Assembly: GCA_031367385.1 (NCBI GenBank)
Contig: JANLPS010000164.1
Coordinates: 1 to 19,017, forward strand
DNA: 19,017 bases
Direction of reading: 5' to 3'
From: Archangium sp.
GTDB taxonomy: Bacteria > Myxococcota > Myxococcia > Myxococcales > Myxococcaceae
The notes under the pieces were generated by a model. It was not told where the DNA came from. It worked only from the letters and a program-made list of their open reading frames with translations, and searched no databases. This document shows positions 7,379-15,362 of this stretch, piece after piece; position 1 is the stretch's first letter, and every line of letters begins with the position of its first letter. Both the position numbers and the translations under genes were made by a program.

Positions 7379-9599
7379 TCAGCACCTTGCCCTCAGACGT
7401 AATCTTGAGCTCGCACTCGTCGACGTACTGCTCAGGCACTTTGCCTTCGATCTTCGCGAAGTGGTTTCGAATGACCTTCATCGCCTTGTAGGTGCTGCTG
7501 ATCTCTTCGTCTTTGAAGGCGTGCTTTCGCGACGGGTCAGTGGCCGGCACGGGCAGGTTGGTGAGCCGCTCGTATTCGATGTCTTGCCGCGGCTCGCCGC
7601 TGCCGAACACATCGTAGTTCCCGTCAATCCACGTGTCGGGGGCGGCGCCGCCTTCGGGGTTCGTGACCAGGTTTTCACCGTACTGGGTCTCACCGGTGAC
7701 CGAGAAGAACCCAGCCAGGTCAGGGTTCACGCGCACGACCCCGTTGGCCTTCTCGTCTTGCTCGCTCGGTATCACCGCCAATGACATCGCGACCGACGCT
7801 TCGTCCATCGCGACGCGGTTGAAGTCGAGCTCAGAGGTGGCCCGGTCATTCCACACGCTGGCGTATTCGAGCTTCAGCGCCTGGGCCATGCCCTCGGCCG
7901 CGTTCGCCACCGTCGCTGCGGGCGTCGCGCCCACTTTCCACTTGGCGGAGTTCGAATCGAACGCACCGGCCATGTTCGGCAATTTGCCGCCATCGCCATC
8001 TTCGACCACTGGGGCCGACGAGCGAAACCGCGCTCGGGTCATGCCCGGCGCGAGCTTCAGGTATGGCGCGGCCACCTGGTCACTCAAGTCTTTCATCAGC
8101 GACGCCGGCACCGTGGCCGCCGAAATGTCTTCGCGCAGCGTCTTGAGCTGCTCGGCCCGCCAGGTGACATCGGCGAACTTCGGGTCAGCGGTCAGCGTCT
8201 TGATTCGGGCCGAGAACGTCTGACCGCTCGGGTCTTTCGCCTCGCGCATGAACCGCGTGTACCAATTCGCGGGTATGCCGATCAGCGCGCTGGGCACGAT
8301 GACTTCAGGCTCGCCGGGGCCTTGAACCTCGAGCTGGCCCGACTTTTTGAGCTTCATCAGCTCGACCAGGCCCATCGTCTTTCGCCCGTACGCCGCCAGC
8401 ACGGCTTTGTCCCACTGGCCGTCTGGGCCAAGGGAGCGCTTGCTCAATTCACTGAGCGGCAGCGCCTTGTTCTCGGTGAGGTTCGGCCCCAGGCGCATCG
8501 GGTCTTTGGGGCGAATCTTGTCGAGATAGGCCTTGGCCTGCGCCTCGGTCGCTGCGACCACCGTGCCGCTCGAGCTCGACGCGGTCACCTTCACCGGCTT
8601 GCCGTTGAGCTTCTTGAGCTCGGCGAGCTCGGCATCAGAAAAGGCCTTGTAAAAGTACGGTGTGTTGTCTTCGCGATACTTGATGCCGAGGTGTGAGTTG
8701 TAGGTCTGCACCTGCGCGGTCATGATCGCGGCGACTGGCGGAGCGGTCGGGGGTACGTCGCCCAAGAACAACGCGACGTCTCCTCGGCCCAACGGAGGAG
8801 GCGCCTGCCCCTTGTCGATCACCACCAGCTTGCCCACCGCTTCGCCCCCGCTGAGCCCCATGAACTTGAGGGCCTTCGAGATCTCGAGGTTGGTGGTAAC
8901 TCCGATTTTGGCGGCCTTCAGCTCGGGCGCCATCTCGGTCACGAGGCGATCTTGAATCGGGCCGCCAGGCCGAAACGACAGTTCGGTCGCCGGGGGCAGA
9001 AACTTCAACGCCCCGCGCGCGGCGTGATGCGCCTCGGCGAGCACCTTCGAATCGAAGCGGTCGGTCGGCCACAGGCTGAAGCACAGCTTGCCCTTCTGCC
9101 CGGTCTTCGGGTCGACATAGCTGTCGTAGCGCGTCAGCGTGCCGGCGATGTAGCGGCGATCGGGGCGGTTGTAGGTCAGCTGATCGAACCGCGCGTCGGT
9201 CATCGAGCCGTCGATCACGTCGTGAAAAAACGAATAGTGAAACTTCCACTTCGGAGGAATGAAGAAGATCTCTTTCGTCTTGCGGTCGACCAGAAATTTG
9301 ATCTCGTTGGCCGCTCCGGCGGTGACCGAGGGCGCTTCGGCGAAGAGTGCATCGAACTGCGCCTTGGTCGTGATCGAGTGAATCTTCGTCGCGGCCCGTG
9401 CGACCACCGGGCCCGCCACGATTCGTTGGGGCGCGAAGCTCGAGTCGGCGACCACGCCGTGGTTCGGGCCTGCAGGGCCGGTGATCGTGTCGACCGATTC
9501 GGGCTGTACGGGCCCGAGGTCGACTGGCTTCTTCTCAGCAGGGGCAGCCGACGCCGCGGTGCGAGTGGGTGACCCAGCGGGGTTCGTTTTGATCGTCAT
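7350..9599 (-). CDS. PPDK/PEP-synthase-family dikinase-like protein with the phospho-His domain N-terminal to the ATP-grasp domain
   Basis: ATP-grasp motifs: YGRKTMGLVEL, RFRSSAPVVED...NMAGAFDS, YASVWNDRA, ANGV, GENLV, terminal IKQERPW. Swivel His-domain motif AVGKL...VAAIMTAQVQTYNSHLGIKYREDNTP with the His codon at 8691-8693. Probable start is the ATG at 9599. Confidence 0.82.
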   Translation of the reverse strand: MTIKTNPAGSPTRTAASAAPAEKKPVDLGPVQPESVDTITGPAGPNHGVVADSSFAPQRIVAGPVVARAATKIHSITTKAQFDALFAEAPSVTAGAANEIKFLVDRKTKEIFFIPPKWKFHYSFFHDVIDGSMTDARFDQLTYNRPDRRYIAGTLTRYDSYVDPKTGQKGKLCFSLWPTDRFDSKVLAEAHHAARGALKFLPPATELSFRPGGPIQDRLVTEMAPELKAAKIGVTTNLEISKALKFMGLSGGEAVGKLVVIDKGQAPPPLGRGDVALFLGDVPPTAPPVAAIMTAQVQTYNSHLGIKYREDNTPYFYKAFSDAELAELKKLNGKPVKVTASSSSGTVVAATEAQAKAYLDKIRPKDPMRLGPNLTENKALPLSELSKRSLGPDGQWDKAVLAAYGRKTMGLVELMKLKKSGQLEVQGPGEPEVIVPSALIGIPANWYTRFMREAKDPSGQTFSARIKTLTADPKFADVTWRAEQLKTLREDISAATVPASLMKDLSDQVAAPYLKLAPGMTRARFRSSAPVVEDGDGGKLPNMAGAFDSNSAKWKVGATPAATVANAAEGMAQALKLEYASVWNDRATSELDFNRVAMDEASVAMSLAVIPSEQDEKANGVVRVNPDLAGFFSVTGETQYGENLVTNPEGGAAPDTWIDGNYDVFGSGEPRQDIEYERLTNLPVPATDPSRKHAFKDEEISSTYKAMKVIRNHFAKIEGKVPEQYVDECELKITSEGKVLIKQERPWVE

Positions 9600-9653
9600 T
9601 GAGGCACCAGGGGACACGGCGCGGGGATCGCGCGAAACTACATTGTCCTACAC

Positions 9654-9669
9654 CAACTCCAAGGAGTTG
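9654..9669. promoter_or_regulatory. Inverted repeat CAACTCC-AA-GGAGTTG upstream of the dikinase, candidate operator
   Basis: Perfect 7-bp arms with a 2-nt spacer, too tight for a terminator loop, 55-70 bp upstream of the ATG at 9599 in an AT-richer intergenic stretch. Confidence 0.45.
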
Positions 9670-9702
9670 CTCAATTCGCAAATCCGTCATGAATTCAGAG
9701 AC

Positions 9703-12279
9703 TTACGAAGTGCGACGCCGACGAGATGCGAGCATCACGGCCAGTGCGACGACGGCGCTCCCAAGCCCAGTCGACTGACAGCCGCACCCAACGACGAGGG
9801 CTTTGTGCTGCGCAAGGCCCGCATCCCCGAACGCCTCGCCACCTCCGTCACCGCCCCCGTCGAGAGCGATGGCTGCGTCAGCGGCCGGCACGCCGGAGTC
9901 TCCAGCGGCGCCCCCGTCGCTCAGCGACCCGGCATCGCTGGGCGAGCTCCCGGCATCAACCAGCCCAGCATCGACCGGCGTTCCTCCGTCAGGCTGACCC
10001 GCATCGGGTTGCCCCGCGTCGACGACGAACCCCCCGTCGATCACGTTGATGAAGCGCGCGTGTACCCGCCCTGTCGCGTACCCAGGCCGAGAATCGTACG
10101 CCGCATAGGCCGCCAGCGTTCGGCCCGTGATGGGAGTCGCCACCAAGCCGAAGCGCTGCGCTGGCATCTTGAGGGTCGTGAGCTGAGCCTCGGCCCCCTC
10201 GAGCTGACCGCCCCGCGTCATCAACACGCCGACGAGGTCGGTGTTGGTCTCCCAAGCGATGAGGTACCGCTCGCCGTCGAAGGCGACCCGCGGTTCGGTT
10301 TGCCGCGCAACAGAAGTCGAAATCGAGATCGGCATCGGGTCAAGCACCCCACCATCGCCGGCGACTCGCGCGCCCGAGATGCCGAAGCCTCCATCGGCCT
10401 TCAGGTCTGCCCAGACCACCAAGAAGTCGGTGCCATCGCTGGCGACCGATGGCAGGTACTGGTTGCCGCTCACGCCTGAAATCAATGTCGTGGTGTCGAG
10501 CACCGACCCGCTCTCGGTCACACGAACGAAGCCGATTCGGCGCGGGCCGCCAACCTCGAAGACCACCAGAAACAGTTGACCCGCGGCGGCGGCCCTCGAA
10601 TTGGAGTGGTTTTCTGCGTCGTTGGTGATCGGAAAACCGTCGGGGTCGAGAATCGCGGCGTTGTTCAGCACCCGCGCTGCCCAGATGTTGAGCCCCGTCG
10701 CGCGGCCGTCTGACCAGGTGACGAGGTATTCTGTGCCGCTGGCCGCGACCGAGGGTGCGAAGCGAAACGTCGGAGTCGTCACCAGGCTGAAGCCGTCGGG
10801 AGCGAGCACCACGCCCGACCCGGAAATCGTCGCCGCGTAGACGCCGACATTCGAATAGCCCGCTCGAACGTCATTCCACACCGCCAGATACCCCGAACCG
10901 TACGAGGCCACCGACGGCGAGTCTTGAAGCCCGGAGGCCGCGCAAATGACCACCCCTCCGTCGAAGACCGGGCCGCTCGCCGAAAAGAGCTGCCCGCGAA
11001 TGTCGGACAGGGCCCCTGGGCCTTCAGACCACGCCACAAAGGCGTTCGGGCCGCTCATCGCCAGCGCCGGAGAATCTTGTGCGTTGCCTTGCCTCGACAC
11101 CATCACCGGCGTGCTCGTCGTCGAGCTCAACGTCGCCGGAAGAACGCCGCCGAGAATGTTGCCGACCGGGTAGTCATTGGGGCTGTTGGTGTCCCAGACT
11201 CCGAGAAACGCAGTCGCATTCGCCGCGAGCCGGCCGTGATCGTCGAGGCCTTGAGTGCCGACCCCGAGTGGGTATTCCGCCGCATCGAGTGGCAGCAACG
11301 ACGCTGAAAAACGCCTTGCGTAAACGTCCCACGGCCGTCCTCCGATTTCTCGCGTCCACGACAACAGGAGCGACGAGCCATTGTACGCCGCTGACGGTGC
11401 GTGCAGCGTGCCGCCCCCGCTTGGCCTCAACAGGTTCGGCGTCGTATCGAGCAGCGTCCCATCTGACTGAACCCGAACGCCGTACAGTTCGTAGGAGCCC
11501 GCTACCCAAATCACCAGATACGCGCCAGGCAAGCGCACAGCCGCTGACTGGCCGTTGGTCGGGCCCAGGGTGATCGCAGGCGTATCGACAACGACCCCGG
11601 CCGCGCTGACTCGAGCCGCGACCATCGAACTCCCACTCTGGTACGAGACGAGAAAATCGGTGCCATCGGTCGTGACGATCGGCGCGGCGGCAGAGCTGGC
11701 TCCGCTGTTGAGCTGCAGGTCGGGCTGATCGAGCACGCGCAAAGAACCGTCGAGGCGGGTGTAGTTGACCACCGACTGGCCCGAGCCCGGCGCAGCCCAC
11801 GCGACAAGACTGACTCCCGGCACCGAGGCAATTCGGGGGCCAGCGCCAGTCGATGACGAGATCACGGCGGGCGGCGTATCGAGCACCACACCCGCCGCGG
11901 TCACTCTCGCCCCTTCGATGCGCCCCGACTTGTCGTTCGCCCAAACCACAAAGTAACTGGTGCCATCGAACGACACATCGGGGTTGCTGAGCTTCGTCGG
12001 GGCGGTGGCGATCGCGAAGCCGGTCGGCGTGAGCAACGTGCCGTCGGGCGCGACCAGCGTCGCGTACACCGCTGATCCTCCGCGAATGTCGTTCCACACG
12101 ACCAAGAAATTCGTGCCGTCGGTGGCCACCGCCGGGTCGCCGACCGGGGCCGCCGAGGGGCCAATCGCGACGGCGTCAGTCATCACGATTTCAGGAGAAA
12201 CGACCGCGACCGCCGCTGCAAGACACCCGATCGCGAGCCCACACCCAACCACCACGGCGGCTCGCGTCAGTCGCATCAC
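9703..12279 (-). CDS. Cell-surface repeat protein (predicted double beta-propeller) with a DAG-repeat stalk and MYXO-CTERM-type sorting signal
   Basis: Signal-peptide-like N-terminus. About 14 repeats of ~50 aa (PxVAxDGTxFLVVW...IxGARVxxxGxVLD). D-[AGS]-G repeat linker. C-terminal GCGC, hydrophobic helix and RRRR. Confidence 0.85.
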   Translation of the reverse strand: MMRLTRAAVVVGCGLAIGCLAAAVAVVSPEIVMTDAVAIGPSAAPVGDPAVATDGTNFLVVWNDIRGGSAVYATLVAPDGTLLTPTGFAIATAPTKLSNPDVSFDGTSYFVVWANDKSGRIEGARVTAAGVVLDTPPAVISSSTGAGPRIASVPGVSLVAWAAPGSGQSVVNYTRLDGSLRVLDQPDLQLNSGASSAAAPIVTTDGTDFLVSYQSGSSMVAARVSAAGVVVDTPAITLGPTNGQSAAVRLPGAYLVIWVAGSYELYGVRVQSDGTLLDTTPNLLRPSGGGTLHAPSAAYNGSSLLLSWTREIGGRPWDVYARRFSASLLPLDAAEYPLGVGTQGLDDHGRLAANATAFLGVWDTNSPNDYPVGNILGGVLPATLSSTTSTPVMVSRQGNAQDSPALAMSGPNAFVAWSEGPGALSDIRGQLFSASGPVFDGGVVICAASGLQDSPSVASYGSGYLAVWNDVRAGYSNVGVYAATISGSGVVLAPDGFSLVTTPTFRFAPSVAASGTEYLVTWSDGRATGLNIWAARVLNNAAILDPDGFPITNDAENHSNSRAAAAGQLFLVVFEVGGPRRIGFVRVTESGSVLDTTTLISGVSGNQYLPSVASDGTDFLVVWADLKADGGFGISGARVAGDGGVLDPMPISISTSVARQTEPRVAFDGERYLIAWETNTDLVGVLMTRGGQLEGAEAQLTTLKMPAQRFGLVATPITGRTLAAYAAYDSRPGYATGRVHARFINVIDGGFVVDAGQPDAGQPDGGTPVDAGLVDAGSSPSDAGSLSDGGAAGDSGVPAADAAIALDGGGDGGGEAFGDAGLAQHKALVVGCGCQSTGLGSAVVALAVMLASRRRRTS

Positions 12280-12966
12280 CTAGTCATGGTACCCTACCAC
12301 CTGCCACACCGCTCCGAACTGCCGCATCAGCAGCACCGCCGCCCTCCCGCTCATGTTGGCCACCACGACCATCACGCCGCTGCCCCGCCAGTTCCACGAT
12401 GCGAGGCGCTGCGGGGGCTTGCCGTATTTTTTCTCCATCTCGGCCGGCGTGAGCACCTCGACATCGTAGATGCTCAACAAATCGGTGCGCTTGCTGCGGA
12501 GGTGGCGGGCCCACTCCGCGCGAACCTCTTCGGCTTTGTCGTACCGGTGGTCCTCCATCATGAACGGTGTGCCGCAGTGGGCCGCCGCGCCCGAGGCATT
12601 GCCCGCCAGCAGCTCGTTCAAGAAGTCGCGCGCGCTCACCTTGGCTTGCTCGGGGTCTGAGAGCTCACGGTACTTGCCCACGTCGATGTCGGCGCCGGGC
12701 ACCATCGGGGTCGGCGTACCCAGGCCGTACTTCTTTTGAATCTCGTCGAGCAGCACCTGCCGTTGCTCGGCGTTCGCGTCTTTGAGCTTGCCCAGCAACC
12801 GGTTGAGCTCGTCGGGAGGCCCCCGTCGCACTGGCGGCGGAGCCTCGGAGGCCACGGTCGCTGCCGCCGCGGGCTTCGCGACCTCGGTCTCAGGTGGGGC
12901 GGCTGGCGCCGGCTCGGCGTCTTGCCCGAGCAGCACCCACACCAGCGCGAAAAGGCCCGTGGTCAT
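12280..12966 (-). CDS. Hypothetical exported protein, in the rsmD-coaD-aspC run
   Basis: ATG lies 8 bp after the aminotransferase stop. Short hydrophobic leader, Pro/Ala linker, C-terminal alpha+beta domain ending WQVVGYHD. Strong GC3 codon bias. Confidence 0.75.
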   Translation of the reverse strand: MTTGLFALVWVLLGQDAEPAPAAPPETEVAKPAAAATVASEAPPPVRRGPPDELNRLLGKLKDANAEQRQVLLDEIQKKYGLGTPTPMVPGADIDVGKYRELSDPEQAKVSARDFLNELLAGNASGAAAHCGTPFMMEDHRYDKAEEVRAEWARHLRSKRTDLLSIYDVEVLTPAEMEKKYGKPPQRLASWNWRGSGVMVVVANMSGRAAVLLMRQFGAVWQVVGYHD

Positions 12967-12974
12967 CGTGTGGG

Positions 12975-14168
12975 TCAGCTCAACTTCGAGACGAAGTCAG
13001 TCAGACGCGCCAGACCCTTGTGAATCATCTCGGGCGAGGTCGCGAAAGAGAAGCGAATGAACCCCTCGGCGCCGAACGGCTCTCCGGGCACCGCCGCCAG
13101 CAAGAAGTCTTCGAGCAGAATCTCAGAGAGGTGCATCGACCCATTCACCGGGGTGCCTTTGTACGACTTGCCGATGAGCTCTCCGATGTTGGGAAAACAG
13201 TAGAAGGCACCATCGGGTGACGGGCACTTCACCCCGGGTATCTTGTTGAGGCTATTGACCATCAGGTCTCGTCGCACCCGGTACTGCGCGAGCATCTCGG
13301 CGAGCGGCTCTTGCGAGCCGGTCAGCGCCGCCACGCCACCCTTTTGAATGATCGACGTCGGGTTCGAGGTCGACTGGTCTTGCACCATCTGCATGCCGGC
13401 GATCAGCTCTTTGGGCCCGGCGGTATACCCCAACCGCAGCCCGGTCATCGCCGAGGCCTTCGAGAACCCATTGACCACCACGGTGCGCGCGAACAGGTCG
13501 GGCGCCACGTTCGCGATGTTCGAGAACCCGCCCTCGATGTAGAGCAACCGCTCGTAGATGTCGTCGGTGATGATCAGGCAGTCATGGCTCCGCACGGCCT
13601 CGGCGATGCCCTCGAGGGCCTTGCGCGAATAGACCCCGCCGGTGGGGTTGCACGGGCTGTTGATCACGATCGCCTTGGTGCGCGGAGTCAGCGCGCGGCG
13701 AATCGCCTTCGGGTCAGGCGCCCACCCATCGGCCGAGTCGGTCTCGACGATGACGGGCTCTCCGTCGGCGAGGCGCACCATGTCGGGGTAGCTCACCCAA
13801 TACGGCGCGAAAATGATCACCTCGTCGCCCGGAGAGAGCAGCGCTTGAAAGATGTTGAACAGTGAGTGCTTGGCACCCACCGAGACCAGCACCTGCTCGG
13901 GCGTGTACTCGAGGTGATTCTCTTTCTTCAGCTTCTCGACGATCGCCGCCTTCAGCTCGGGGATACCACCGGTCGGCGTGTACTTGGTGAAGCCTCCATC
14001 GAGCGCGGCCTTGACCGCGTCTTTGATGTGCACCGGCGTATCGAAATCGGGCTCGCCAGTCGCGAAGCTGACCACGTCTTTGCCCTTGGCCGAGAGCGCC
14101 TTGGCCTTGGCGTTGAGCGACAGCGTCGGAGACGGTTTGACCGACTTCAATCGGCGAGCAAGCTGCAT
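12975..14168 (-). CDS. aspC: PLP-dependent class I/II aminotransferase (aspartate aminotransferase)
   Basis: GEPDFDTP, TKYTPTGGIPELK, PYWVSY, INSPCNPTG, DDIYE, PLP-lysine motif NGFSKASAMTGLRLGY, FIRFSFA. Confidence 0.93.
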   Translation of the reverse strand: MQLARRLKSVKPSPTLSLNAKAKALSAKGKDVVSFATGEPDFDTPVHIKDAVKAALDGGFTKYTPTGGIPELKAAIVEKLKKENHLEYTPEQVLVSVGAKHSLFNIFQALLSPGDEVIIFAPYWVSYPDMVRLADGEPVIVETDSADGWAPDPKAIRRALTPRTKAIVINSPCNPTGGVYSRKALEGIAEAVRSHDCLIITDDIYERLLYIEGGFSNIANVAPDLFARTVVVNGFSKASAMTGLRLGYTAGPKELIAGMQMVQDQSTSNPTSIIQKGGVAALTGSQEPLAEMLAQYRVRRDLMVNSLNKIPGVKCPSPDGAFYCFPNIGELIGKSYKGTPVNGSMHLSEILLEDFLLAAVPGEPFGAEGFIRFSFATSPEMIHKGLARLTDFVSKLS

Positions 14169-14201
14169 GAGAATGGGCTCTTTTCGAAAAGGTGAGCGAG
14201 T

Positions 14202-14690
14202 TTAAGGCTTCGAGTACTTGGCCTTGAGCCCGGCGAGCACGCCCGGAGGCACGATGCCTTCGACGTTGCCACCAAACGAGGCGACTTCGCGAACGATGTT
14301 CGACGAAATGTAGAAGTAGTCTTCGCCGGTCATCATGAAAACCGTCTCGAGCTCTGGGCTGAGCTTATGGTTCATGTTGGCGAGCTGAAATTCGAACTCG
14401 AAGTCGCTGACCGCACGAAGGCCGCGCAACACCACCGTGACCTTGCGCCGCTTGGCGTAGTCGACCAGCAGCCCTTCGAAGTCATCGACCTCGACCCGGG
14501 CGTCGTTCTCGACCGCCTCGAGAATGAAGGTTCGGCGCTCCTCCACCGAGAACAGGGGCTGCTTCTTCGGGTTGACCGCGATCGCCACGATCACCTTGTC
14601 GAACATCTTCAGCCCGCGCTGAATGAGCGACAAATGACCATTCGTCAGCGGGTCGAAGGAGCCGGGGTAAATGGCGGTGCGAGTCGTCAT
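14202..14690 (-). CDS. coaD: Phosphopantetheine adenylyltransferase
   Basis: [36 protein letters not shown]; 162 aa. Confidence 0.98.
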   Translation of the reverse strand: MTTRTAIYPGSFDPLTNGHLSLIQRGLKMFDKVIVAIAVNPKKQPLFSVEERRTFILEAVENDARVEVDDFEGLLVDYAKRRKVTVVLRGLRAVSDFEFEFQLANMNHKLSPELETVFMMTGEDYFYISSNIVREVASFGGNVEGIVPPGVLAGLKAKYSKP

Positions 14691-14709
14691 GGCCGGCAGC
14701 CAATTAGGG

Positions 14710-15264
14710 TCACGGCGCTGACCCGGTCAATCGGAAGATCGAGACCACGGTAGCTCCGAACAGGCGCTCGTCTTCTCGCTGCATGCGGCCCACGACGTCG
14801 GGCACTTTCTCTTCTTTGGCGTACTCGATGACGGCCAAAGCGCCCTCGGCCATCACCGTGTCGAGCTTCGAGAGCACCGCCACCGCCGCCTGCTGCTTGT
14901 AGGGAGGATCAGAGAAGACCAGGTTGAAGCCCTTCGCGCGGAGCCGGAGGATGGCTTTCATCGCCGGCATCGCCATGATTTCTACTTGCGCGGTAAAGCC
15001 CAGTGTTTCCGTGTTGATACGGCAGAGCTCGAGTGCTTCTTTACCGCTGTCAACGAGGACAGCGCGGGTCGCTCCACGAGAGACCGCCTCGAGCCCGAGC
15101 GCGCCGGTGCCCGAAAAAAGGTCTAACACTGCGAGCCCTTCACAGGTCTGGCCGAGCACGTTGAAGATGGTCTCACGAACTCTGTCTGCTGTAGGCCGAA
15201 TAACTTCAGCATCTTGCGGGCCGACAAGCTGCCTGCCCCTGGCTGACCCACCCACGATTCGCAT
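14710..15264 (-). CDS. rsmD: 16S rRNA m2G966 methyltransferase
   Basis: MRIVGG...[39 protein letters not shown]. Usual position upstream of coaD. Start taken at the ATG at 15264. Confidence 0.96.
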   Translation of the reverse strand: MRIVGGSARGRQLVGPQDAEVIRPTADRVRETIFNVLGQTCEGLAVLDLFSGTGALGLEAVSRGATRAVLVDSGKEALELCRINTETLGFTAQVEIMAMPAMKAILRLRAKGFNLVFSDPPYKQQAAVAVLSKLDTVMAEGALAVIEYAKEEKVPDVVGRMQREDERLFGATVVSIFRLTGSAP

Positions 15265-15362
15265 TTCTTTTCGAACCTCGACTATCAATGAAGGGCTGAC
15301 GCGCTTTCGGACAATGGATATACGGCGTGTCGCGTTTCAAGACGACCTTTGGGAATCAACCT

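Noticed and set aside
7350..9599. Calling the dikinase ppsA, ppdK or rph
   Set aside because: It has no C-terminal PEP/pyruvate barrel and its domain order matches none of them.
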